From: Chloropicon primus
Lineage: Eukaryota
Assembly (NCBI GenBank): GCA_023205875.1
Contig: CP060762.1
Location: forward strand, 1-64,000
Direction: 5' to 3'
Length of the DNA stretch: 64,000 nucleotides
Below the pieces are notes generated by a model, which did not search any database, had not been told where the DNA came from, and saw only the letters and a program-made list of their open reading frames with translations. Position numbers and translations under genes: made by a program. Shown here one piece after another: positions 39,261 to 48,647 of the stretch; within the stretch, counting starts at the first letter, position 1; each line of letters opens with the position of its first letter.

Positions 39261-42200
39261 TTACAGTTCGTTCAGACCCTCCAACATCCTGGGCCACTTC
39301 TTTTGCCACTCGTTCTCCTCGTAGATGCAGCCCTTGATGTCGTCGATGATGGTTCCGAAAGTGCCAGTCAGCTCCTTCTTGAGATCCTTTATCGCTCGGT
39401 TCCTGGTGACGATCAAGGCGAAGGCCTGCGGGGTCTCGAAACTCTTCAGGTTCTCGCTGCCCTTCTCCATCTCAAAGGTCTTGTCCTCCTCGCCCTCCTC
39501 GGGAGTGTCCCCGAGGAGCTCGCTCAGGGTCCCAGACCAGCCAATCTCCTCCAGGGCAAACCCGGTGACATCATCCCAGGTTCGGACCTTGAACTGCCGT
39601 CCCTTGACCTCTGTCCGCGTCGCCTCGCTGTTCTTGAAGGCCTCGTAACGCCGCAGACTGATGAGGTGCTTGGCGTTGATGTTCTCCACGTCCTTGAGCT
39701 GCTCCTGGGTGTCGATGTCCTCTATGAACACGACGTTGTCCAGCAGAACGGCGAGCATCTTGGTCACCTTGTGCAACTCTGAGTTGACTAGCCCGAGCTG
39801 CTCGTGGGTGACCTCGAGGATCTTGGTCGCGAACGTCCTGAGCACCTTCCTGCACTCCTTGGACCTGTTCTCCTCCTCGGAGCACAGGAGCTCGAACTCG
39901 TTCTTCAGGAGAGGGTTCGCGAGCGAGGGCCTCAGAGACTTCTCGTGCTCGTTCCTTTCCCTCTTCATGACCTCGAACTCGCCCTTGAATTCGGCCAGAA
40001 CCACTCCGAGCTTCTCCTTCACCTTCACCGACTGGTTCTTGACAAATTCCTTCATGATCTTCGCGGGGACCCTCTCCAGGCACCTGGAGGTCATGATGAT
40101 GAGCTCCCTCACGTCCATCAGCATGGAACTCGAGTGCTCATTGGCCTGGTCGTTGAGGTCTGTCAAGATGTTCTCGATCTCCTCCTTCATGGTCTTGACG
40201 TCGTTCGGAATTCTGTTCTTTCGAGTAATCTCCTCGATCGACTTTTTGGAACCGTAGTACGCCTCCGCGGTCTTGATGAGGTTTTGCTTGGACTCGCCAA
40301 TCAAATTGTCCACGGCGGCCTTGAGAGTCTCAGACGTGAAGAACTCCTCCCTCTGCATGGAGGAAGTCGGCTTGAGGCCCCGCTCCTCCTCCATCTTGTT
40401 CAAATCCTCCAGCATCTGCTGACCATTCAGCTCGCTCTTCATGCACTGAAGATAGCCGCAGTAGAACAGCAGAAGCATGTCCAGGCTGTAGATCCCGGAG
40501 CAGGCCTCAGACAGCAGCTGGTTGAAGGCCTGCTCCGGCTTCTCGCTCGGAGACGCCTTGAGCATGTCCAAGCTGCCGATGCGGTCGGAGATCTCCTTGC
40601 TGATGGAGTAACTGCAGCCGAACTCGCTTCTCAGTTTCGATTTCGCCTGATTCAAGCACGCGTCCACGGACTCGAGGAGCCCCAAGTCCTCCCTGTGCGG
40701 CTCTGTCATGGATTCGAACTCGGTATAGGCGCTCTCTATCTTCTCGATGCACTGCACCTCCTTCTCGTCCAGGTGCTTGATCTGCGTCTCCAGACTCGCC
40801 TTTGCTTCCTTGTCCAAGGCCTCCAGCTGGGCGGTCGACTTCTGGATCGTCTGAGCCCCGTAGCTCGCTGCAGTGGTCTCGTTCTTGAAGTTGTCGTCGC
40901 AGAACTTGGCGTTCAGGTCCAGGTACGCGTTCGTGTTGTTGCCGACAACTTCCTTGGAGCTCTCGATGAGGTGCTTCACGTCCGAGATGAGCCTGGTTTT
41001 CAGCTTCTGAGACTCCCTGATCCTGATGTCCAACCCCTTCACACTGGCAGTCGTGCTCAGGTGCGCCTCCGCGTTCTTGATCTTGTTGTACAACTGGTTG
41101 AACCGAGAATCGATGGCCAGGACCTCGTTCTCGTAGTTCTGGTTGTTCATCTTTAGGGCGTGGACTGCCTTGCGCAGGTGGCGGTCGAACCTTCTCCTCT
41201 GCCCGGCAAGCTCGACAGATCTGAATTCCCTGTCCTCCTCCTCAATTCTGCCTGCCCTTGGCCTGTGAGACCTCAACCTCGAGTCGAGCTCGTCCGTCAA
41301 GTGCTCCTCCTGCCTGGTGCTCCACGTGGAGATGAGAGTCATATTCTCCCGCGTCGACACCTCGATGTGGTGGAGAATCTCCTTTTGGGTGTATTGCAGG
41401 ATCTCCCGGATCAGCTTCTCTTGCACAACGACCTCCTCGATTGGATCTGGAATTTCCAGCTGAACCTCCTCTTTCTTCTTGGGGCTCTCAGCCTCGCTAC
41501 CCTCGTCCTCCTCGTTCTCCTCCTTGGGCTCCTCTGATTCCTCGCCTTCGTTCTCCTCCTCGGGCGCGGACTCCTCAGCCTCAGGCTTGTCCGCGAACAA
41601 CTTGCCGTAGATCTCAGCAGAAAGCTCGTAGGGCTTGCCATACACTTCCAGGGGTTCCAGAACGACCTCGGTCTCCTTGGTCTCCTCTTCCGAGTCGCCG
41701 CCCTCCCCCTCCTCAGCCTCCTCGGCGGGGGGCTTGTCCGCGCTCTCCTGGTCCTCGGCCTCGGGCTGGGGCTCAGGAGCACTGCTGTCATCTTCTTCTG
41801 TCTTAATATATAGTAGTTTACATATGCTGTTCCAGTGCGCGTTGTCGGCCTCGTTCACGTTCACAGGGTAGGCGTGAACCAGCTCAAGCATGTCTTTGTG
41901 GAACCCTCTGTACCCTTCCTCGATGCCGTCGAGTCTCTCGAGGGCAACCTCGACGTGTTTCTCCAGGTCGATGTCGGTGTTACTCTGAGAAATCTCGTTC
42001 CTGGCGCTCTCAAGGTCGTCCTCCCTCTTCGTGTTCGCTTCGGCGAAGTCCGACCTGCACTTCCGCATGTCAGACCTGACGGCGTCCTCCATGGCCTTGA
42101 GGTGCGTCGTTTGCTTCTCTTGAGACCCGATGACACTGGCCAGGAAGTCGCCCAGAACCGTGCACGTCTTCCTCCAGTTCGTGTACTGCCTCTCGAGGCA

Positions 42201-43433
42201 CTCGGTGCACTTGGTGATGAGCCCACTCGCGTAGAGCTCTCTCTCCTTCACGACAACCATGCAGTTCTGCTCGAGCGCGACGCTTGTTTCCTCCTCGTTC
42301 AGCGCACCATAACCCAAGATGTCACTCTTCAGGTTGTCCAGCTCCTTGGCCACCTTTGTCTTGAGCTTGTCCTCCTCGTACCAAAGCCTCTCCACAATCT
42401 TCATCGTCTGGTTCTGCCACGTCTCGATGTTCGAAAGGATGGTCTCCAGCCAGTCCGACACGTTCTTCTCCGCGGCCTCCATGTTGTGGGGCGGGAGCAT
42501 GTCCGCAACCGACGCCAAGTTGAGCTCAAGGGCCTGGTAGATCTTCGCCTGCTTGTCCGTGATCCTGACGAAGAGCTCAGACCTCTGGATGGGGTCGTAA
42601 ATCTCCTTGCTCTTGACGCGTTCCTTGAAGCACTCGATGGCGTGCTGGGTCCTGAGCTGCCTCCATTTCTCCAGGCCCTCGTCCAGGGCCTCCTTGCACT
42701 TCTTCTCCTTGATGACCTCCGCCGTCCGAAGCCTCCTCTGCAGCTCTGCGTACACCTTGCTGTTTTCCAGCATGTTGAAGTTCGTTTCCAAGATCTTCTT
42801 CTCCAGGAACCTCTGCAGACTTCCCTCGCTGAGGTACGCGATATCCACCAAGTCCCCCAACGTGTTCAGAAGGAGGCCCTCCGTCGTCTTCCTCCTCTTC
42901 GATTCCAAGCCCTTGAGGGTCTCACCGAGGTCGTCGATCCAGCCCTGCCTGACAGACGACTGGAGCATGATCTCCTCGCCTATCTCCCGAAACATCCCTT
43001 CCTCCATGCAGATGATCTTGTCCTCCTCCAGGTTCACGAAGAGGGCCTCGATGTGCTCCGTGTTCGACTTCAGCTTCTTCTCGAACTTGCGTATCTGGTC
43101 CTGGATGTGCTTCTTGTGCCTCTGATCCTCCATCAGGAGCTTCTGCTCGAGAAGGGCCTGGGAGTTGGCGTGCCTCTGCTCCTTGGAGGACACCATACGC
43201 TCCACTCCCTCCAGTTTGGTGGCCGCCTTCCCTCCCAGTCTCTCCGGCAGGGAGTGCACCTCCGCCATGGGATTCCGCAGCACGAGCTCCTCGATCGGAA
43301 TCGCATGGTTCGGAACGTACTTCTCGTCTTTCGCTCTCTGCACTTGCTTGTCCACCTTGGGTATCCTCGCTCTCCTCCCGTTCAAGGACGCTAGCAGAGA
43401 CTGGCCGGCGTCCAGGTTCGGAATGCGCTCCAT
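39261..43433 (-). CDS. CCDC180: CCDC180/FAP76-like flagellar central-pair coiled-coil protein, about 1390 aa
   Basis: Long coiled-coil with a central acidic insert. LRSHRPRAGRIE..R..EL and LRPSLANP..ELLCSEEENR resemble the DUF4455/DUF4456 blocks. Confidence 0.78.
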   Translation of the reverse strand: MERIPNLDAGQSLLASLNGRRARIPKVDKQVQRAKDEKYVPNHAIPIEELVLRNPMAEVHSLPERLGGKAATKLEGVERMVSSKEQRHANSQALLEQKLLMEDQRHKKHIQDQIRKFEKKLKSNTEHIEALFVNLEEDKIICMEEGMFREIGEEIMLQSSVRQGWIDDLGETLKGLESKRRKTTEGLLLNTLGDLVDIAYLSEGSLQRFLEKKILETNFNMLENSKVYAELQRRLRTAEVIKEKKCKEALDEGLEKWRQLRTQHAIECFKERVKSKEIYDPIQRSELFVRITDKQAKIYQALELNLASVADMLPPHNMEAAEKNVSDWLETILSNIETWQNQTMKIVERLWYEEDKLKTKVAKELDNLKSDILGYGALNEEETSVALEQNCMVVVKERELYASGLITKCTECLERQYTNWRKTCTVLGDFLASVIGSQEKQTTHLKAMEDAVRSDMRKCRSDFAEANTKREDDLESARNEISQSNTDIDLEKHVEVALERLDGIEEGYRGFHKDMLELVHAYPVNVNEADNAHWNSICKLLYIKTEEDDSSAPEPQPEAEDQESADKPPAEEAEEGEGGDSEEETKETEVVLEPLEVYGKPYELSAEIYGKLFADKPEAEESAPEEENEGEESEEPKEENEEDEGSEAESPKKKEEVQLEIPDPIEEVVVQEKLIREILQYTQKEILHHIEVSTRENMTLISTWSTRQEEHLTDELDSRLRSHRPRAGRIEEEDREFRSVELAGQRRRFDRHLRKAVHALKMNNQNYENEVLAIDSRFNQLYNKIKNAEAHLSTTASVKGLDIRIRESQKLKTRLISDVKHLIESSKEVVGNNTNAYLDLNAKFCDDNFKNETTAASYGAQTIQKSTAQLEALDKEAKASLETQIKHLDEKEVQCIEKIESAYTEFESMTEPHREDLGLLESVDACLNQAKSKLRSEFGCSYSISKEISDRIGSLDMLKASPSEKPEQAFNQLLSEACSGIYSLDMLLLFYCGYLQCMKSELNGQQMLEDLNKMEEERGLKPTSSMQREEFFTSETLKAAVDNLIGESKQNLIKTAEAYYGSKKSIEEITRKNRIPNDVKTMKEEIENILTDLNDQANEHSSSMLMDVRELIIMTSRCLERVPAKIMKEFVKNQSVKVKEKLGVVLAEFKGEFEVMKRERNEHEKSLRPSLANPLLKNEFELLCSEEENRSKECRKVLRTFATKILEVTHEQLGLVNSELHKVTKMLAVLLDNVVFIEDIDTQEQLKDVENINAKHLISLRRYEAFKNSEATRTEVKGRQFKVRTWDDVTGFALEEIGWSGTLSELLGDTPEEGEEDKTFEMEKGSENLKSFETPQAFALIVTRNRAIKDLKKELTGTFGTIIDDIKGCIYEENEWQKKWPRMLEGLNEL

Positions 43434-44246
43434 CTTTGAAGTGCCCGTCCCCCCTTGGGTCACTCCGTCACCAATTCTGTCTCCCAGCAGACACGTTCCC
43501 TCGCTCTTCACCTCTGCTTCTCCCCCTTAGCCTTTCTTCTTCTCCTCCCTGGCCACACCTCGTGTGTGTGTTTGTGCGTGTTAGCGTGTGTGTTTCCGGG
43601 CAAGGCAAGGCAAGGTCCCAAGGCAAGCCTCCTACCTTTGCCTAACCTTAGCTAAAACCTTCCTCCAACCTTTGCCTTAGCCCTCGTCCTCGTCTTGTTG
43701 TGTCCTGTCCTGTCCCAGCTTCCTACCTCCTACCTCCTTGCGCCTTGGCCTCTTACGATGTCCATCGTATTTTGGTACAAACGCCTTTGGCCTCTTTCTC
43801 TTCTTAGATTTCTCTTCTTGAACATCCACATAACCTGATTTCAAAAAGTCAAAACCAGCAGCAGACCAGGACCAGGGAGGAACGCCAACATCATCCTCAT
43901 CCTCATCAACAACCAACAATCGATGCCATGACACCATGGCATCATCGTTGGGCATTCTACCATTGCCGTTCGCCCTCTTCCTTCTCTCTTCCTTCTCTCT
44001 TTCGCGGCCGACTCGACTTCATCTTCATCTTCATCTTCATCTTCATCATCTCCAAGGGGGGGTCGGAGTCGTTTCCATCGGTCAGGACTCCTCCTGCAGG
44101 GACCTGAGGACCTGCTGCTGCCGTTCACGCCCGCACACCACACGCCATCCCCGATTCATCCCATCACGGTCGGTCTTCGGTCGCAGAGAGTTTTGGATTA
44201 CGAATAATATTTAGCGATCCCATCGGACCAGGAGACCGAGCCTAAG

Positions 44247-44951
44247 TCACTGCCAGCCGCTGGGTCTCCGGCGCTTCTTCTGGGGAGGGTGCCCCTGGGT
44301 CTCGTCTCTCCCTCGGGCTCCTCCTTGACGATGCTGTTGGACGAAGCCGGCCCGCTGGAACTCGATGGCCTGTCTCTGCTGTTCGGACTGAAGCCGCATT
44401 CTCTCGTTCCGCCGCCGTTCCTCGAGCTGAACGAGCTGCTCCTCGAGCTTATCGTACATGTCCCCCTCGTCCACGGCCTCGTAGTTGTAGATCGACCTCG
44501 GGTAGCAGCTTCCGTACTGGTCTATCCCAAAGTGCTCCACCATCTTCTGCAAAAAGTCTGGGTTGCCAAAGCTCTTCCTGCTGCGGATGTCCTCGACCAA
44601 ATTGCGGCCCTGGGACCGACGAGGAGGAGAGCAGGAAGGCAAGCGGTCGAGTCAGTTGAGATCGATCGGAAACGTGGAAACGAAGTTTTTAGATCTGGTT
44701 GGTTAGCGTCGTCGTACCTTTGCGCGCTTGAGCTCCAGGAATTTCGCCACCTTGGCTTGCACAGCAGGATCGCAGGGAACCACGCCAACCCCTTGGTCGC
44801 TCGTCGACGTTGTTTGCTGCGTTCCCGTTCCACCTGTCCCTTCCCCTTGCTCCGTCCCTCGTCCTTCCCGGCGAGGCACGTCCCCTTCCCCTTCCTCCCC
44901 CTCCTCCGCGCTCGAGTCGGAGTCGTAGCAACCCAACCCAAGCGACGCCAT
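44247..44951 (-). CDS. SAP30BP: SAP30-binding protein / HCNGP-like; exons 44951-44718, 44609-44247
   Basis: LGCYDSDS start, PCDPAVQAKVAKFLELK|GRNL..IRSRKSFGNPDFLQKMVEHFGIDQYGSCYP. 108-nt GTACGA..CCCAG intron. Confidence 0.9.
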
Positions 44952-45143
44952 CCCCACCACAAAGCCAAGCCAAGCCAAGCCAACTCCAACCTCTCCGTGG
45001 TAGATTCTTATCCAGTCGATCCGAGAGACGAGGCGTCAGTCCACCAGCCCAGAGCGCGCCATGGCAGAGGTCGTTTGGTCCCTCTCTCTCGCTCGTCCGG
45101 TCCCTCTCTCTCGCTCGTCCCTTGGTGTCTCGTCCTGTCGTCG

Positions 45144-45183
45144 GGGTTTAGGGTTTTAGGTTTTAAGGATTAGGTTTTAAGGA
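45144..45183. repeat. Interstitial telomere-like tract in a divergent promoter
   Basis: gggtttagggttttaggttttaaggattaggttttaagga. Confidence 0.75.
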
Positions 45184-45254
45184 TTGGAGGAGGAAAACGG
45201 GGTTCCAGGGTGTCACATAACCAAGACGGAGAGGGAGAGGTTGTGGTGGCCAAG

Positions 45255-47756
45255 ATGGGAAGGTTTAGAACCCAGGGAGGAAGCCTGGGGTGTGGGAAAG
45301 TCCTACTCCTTCTAAACTTACTCCTACTCCTCCTGAACCTCGTCCATGGTTTCCAAATACAAGTCTCGGTGGGACAGGTGACGCCCACTTCTTGCAAGCA
45401 GCACAGGGAAGGGGTCCGATTCGCGATTCAAAAGATTAATGCGCTGAACGATGGACAAGGCTTTAGGATTGGTTACGGCCAGTCGGACTTCGTCAAGTTC
45501 GTCGATGACACGCAGGTTGTGGACGACACGGCCTTCACTGGGGCGAGCTACGACCCGGAGCACCAGAGAGTCTTGACCGACTTGGTGTCGAGTGGCGACA
45601 AAAGGTTCCTGGTGGGTTCGTGCTCGCAAAAGTCAGAGAACGAGAAGACCATCGCGAACAATGGACAGACGACCCTGCTTGCCCTCGTGGGACCGAACGC
45701 GTACTACGAGGATAAGCTGGATTATATTTTCGGGATGCATCTTTCGAGCTACACCTATACCGAGCCGAGTTTCAAGACCATGGCCTTTGAGGGTGCGAAG
45801 ACGGTGGCCATCGGAGGGAGGAAGCAGTCCTTGTTCTTCCAGACAACTTGCGCTCAGGGCGAGGCGTACCTCAAGAAGTACGGCATGCTCATGTCCATGC
45901 CCCGTAGGGAGTACGAGGCCTCTGGTGACGCCAGCCTCGTGAAGGATGAGGATTATCAGCGCAGATTGGCTAGGGACATGTGCACCTCGGGCGCTGAAGT
46001 GTACGTGGGTTGCGTGGGCTTCGATGAGGCCAAAGTTTGGCTCAAGACGTGGGAGGAGCTCGATTGCAAGCCCAAGGCGATTTGGTTGACTTGCACAGGG
46101 TGGGGCTGGAAGGGCGGCATGGGAACACAAGTTCGCGACGGTCAGTACGTCTTGGGAGCAGGCCAGTGGCACTCCGCGATGACCTACTCGGACCCAGTTG
46201 TGGGCAACGCCACCGACTTTGCTGCGGAGTTCGAGCCTCTCTACGGCTTTGAGCCCACTTACGACGCCGTGGCGGCCTACACAGCGGTTTACGTTTACAT
46301 GAAGGCGATCCAAAAGGCCTTCAGGGGCGACACGTTGAGTGGTGCAGGGACCGGGCTCATCAACACCAACTACGAGAAGATCAGGAGGACTCTGAGTTTC
46401 TTGATCGAGAGGGACACACTCTACGGCCCCGTGGAGTTCGACTTGGAGTACGGCAGGAACATCGGGAGGCAGCCCGCGAACATGCAGTTCTTGGGAGAGT
46501 ACAACGAGACGAACGATGCCATGGTCGACTATTGCGTCGCTCCCTCGGCCGTGGCCAACTCGAACCTCGTGTACCCAACGCCAAACTCCCAGACTTGCGG
46601 CAGTGGCACCAGGTACGTCTCAAACGCCGACCTTGTGGCCGGGGCAGGCAAGGAGAGATGCCTGCTGTGCGACAAGTGCCTGGGGTGCGAGAATAGATAC
46701 GAGGCGGTCGTTGGGTCGTGTGATTTCGAGGGGAAGCGAGAGGTGACTTATCGCTGGCCCGCCGACGTGGCGTACAGGTGCACTTTGACCGCCCAGCTTC
46801 CGGAACCCAAGTCGATTGACTGTGAGTACGCCCCAGAGGACTCCGGGTTCGCTCTGGGTGTGATCATCATCGATGCCGTGGGCATGGTCGTCAGCCTGGT
46901 TTGCATGGTCTTCATTTTGCTGAAGAGGGAACACACTACCATCAAGAGGTCTCAGCCCTTCTTCATGGTCAGCTTCCTGCTCGGTGCGGCGATCTGCAAC
47001 GCCGCGTCTCTGCCGTTCCTCGGGGCCGCGGACAACATCTCTTGCGCGATGCGGCCTTTGCTCATCTCAACGGGAACCGCTTTGATGCTCTCCGCCTTGA
47101 TCGTGAAGATGCTTCGAATCAAGAAGATCCTGACAATGGCAGACAAGCTCGTGGTGAAGGCGGTGACGGTGAAGGACTTGCTGCCAACCTTTTTGGCGAT
47201 CTACGGAGTAGCGTTGGGCATCTGGGTGGTTTGGGTGGCCATCGATGCCCCGGCGAAGACCTCCTACTTGAAGACCGTAGACCCGTACAATTTCCACAAG
47301 CAGTACGAGTGCTCCACCACGAGCGTCTTTGAGACTCTGCTGATTTTCTACGTGGGCGGCCTCCTGATCTACGCCTGCGTCCTGGCGTATCAGATCAGGC
47401 AGATGCCAGATGACCTTCAAGAGACAAAGCCCATGCTTTTCTCTGCCTACACCATCTTCCTGTTCTCGGCTTTTGGGATTCCCTTGCTCTTCCTGATCAA
47501 GGACGTTATGCTGAGAGTTCTGCTGATGAGCATCTTCATCAACGTCCCAGTGCTGGTTACCGTGTTTTGCCTTTGCCTGCCCAAGTTCCTCTCGGTGCTG
47601 GGGATCGAAATGGGGTCCGAGACCCCCACCGCGATCGCGACCATGCAAACCATGTACCAGACCAACAAGGTTTCGCCGAGTCAAAATACACCTCTACCAA
47701 TCATTTCTTCTGGCAACACTACTCAGGAAGGTGGCCACACGACAGAGTCCCCGTGA
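45255..47756 (+). CDS. Class C GPCR-like receptor: signal peptide, type-1 periplasmic-binding (Venus flytrap) domain, Cys-rich linker, 7tm_3; 833 aa, intronless
   Basis: Leu-rich signal. GVRFAIQKIN..G.. and TLYGPVEFD..GRN are PBP1 motifs. Seven hydrophobic segments with IKRSQPFF, C..R, LIVKMLRI, LAYQIR.MP...QETK and CLPKF motifs. Confidence 0.88.
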   Translation: MGRFRTQGGSLGCGKVLLLLNLLLLLLNLVHGFQIQVSVGQVTPTSCKQHREGVRFAIQKINALNDGQGFRIGYGQSDFVKFVDDTQVVDDTAFTGASYDPEHQRVLTDLVSSGDKRFLVGSCSQKSENEKTIANNGQTTLLALVGPNAYYEDKLDYIFGMHLSSYTYTEPSFKTMAFEGAKTVAIGGRKQSLFFQTTCAQGEAYLKKYGMLMSMPRREYEASGDASLVKDEDYQRRLARDMCTSGAEVYVGCVGFDEAKVWLKTWEELDCKPKAIWLTCTGWGWKGGMGTQVRDGQYVLGAGQWHSAMTYSDPVVGNATDFAAEFEPLYGFEPTYDAVAAYTAVYVYMKAIQKAFRGDTLSGAGTGLINTNYEKIRRTLSFLIERDTLYGPVEFDLEYGRNIGRQPANMQFLGEYNETNDAMVDYCVAPSAVANSNLVYPTPNSQTCGSGTRYVSNADLVAGAGKERCLLCDKCLGCENRYEAVVGSCDFEGKREVTYRWPADVAYRCTLTAQLPEPKSIDCEYAPEDSGFALGVIIIDAVGMVVSLVCMVFILLKREHTTIKRSQPFFMVSFLLGAAICNAASLPFLGAADNISCAMRPLLISTGTALMLSALIVKMLRIKKILTMADKLVVKAVTVKDLLPTFLAIYGVALGIWVVWVAIDAPAKTSYLKTVDPYNFHKQYECSTTSVFETLLIFYVGGLLIYACVLAYQIRQMPDDLQETKPMLFSAYTIFLFSAFGIPLLFLIKDVMLRVLLMSIFINVPVLVTVFCLCLPKFLSVLGIEMGSETPTAIATMQTMYQTNKVSPSQNTPLPIISSGNTTQEGGHTTESP

Positions 47757-48647
47757 TAGAAGAAGTGATGTAACAATAAGAACAAAGTAACGAGCACCAT
47801 ATGATGCTTCGTTGTCCAACTCGGTCATCAAATCGAGCCCCCCCATCACCAACCGTGCCCCGACCAGAGAGAGAAAGAAAGAGAGAAAGAGAGAGAGAGA
47901 AACAAGGAAACGTCGTTCAAGAGAGAGCGGATCGTGCAAGAGGACGTGACTTCTCCCCTCCTCCCGACATTGTCCCGATGAGATTGTCTCGATGAGATTG
48001 TCGTGTCCTGTCCTGTCCAAGGGATTTATTTCAGTGTACTCTCTTACACTGTACGCCATGTATGGTCTCCTCGTTTCGTTTTGAAAACCTTGAGGGATTC
48101 TTGGACATTGTTGACCAAGGCCAAGGCCAAGGCAGCGTACGAGGCCAAGACCGCGTCTTGGGCACGAGGAACGCCAACACAGGGGGTCAACAAGCTGACT
48201 CCACTCCACTGCAGGCTCAGACTCACGCTCAGCGCTCAGGCTGGCACTGCGCTCAAGGGGAGGGGGTCAACACGCTACGCTTTTGTGTGGAGGGGGGAGC
48301 TGGAGGCTGGAGGACAGAGGGGAGGACTCAAACGGCGGACCAAGGGAACGCAAGGAACAGGAGCACAGAGCGACTCAAGTGACGAAGGGTTTGGCTCCGG
48401 AAAGGAACCCAATTCGTCCAAGATTCGCATCTTGGTAAGGCTTGGAGAGACATGCGTCACAACTCTGGGACTCTGTGTGCCAATTGAGAAAGAGTTGCGT
48501 GAGGCGAGAGCCTAATTGACTTGACGCCACCTCACGGGGTTGTGACACTGGTTGGAGCCGAAGTGCAGAGAGTAGCAGAGACTAGACGAGAGAGAGAGAG
48601 AGAGAGAGAGGGACTAGACGAGAGACTAGAGGAGAGAGAGAGGCGCG

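Noticed and set aside
43640..43780. Possible telomerase RNA template (CTAAAACCT at 43652-43660)
   Set aside because: A 9-nt match is insufficient. No recognisable USE/TATA promoter or pseudoknot, and similar motifs occur in several other spacers.
43913..43951. SECIS element (ATGA...GA flanking a stem)
   Set aside because: The stem is too short, there is no apical AA, and no adjacent gene has an in-frame TGA.
48003..48515. ORFs in the GPCR-CFAP47 spacer
   Set aside because: No motifs, weak codon bias and competing frames; more likely UTR or promoter sequence.
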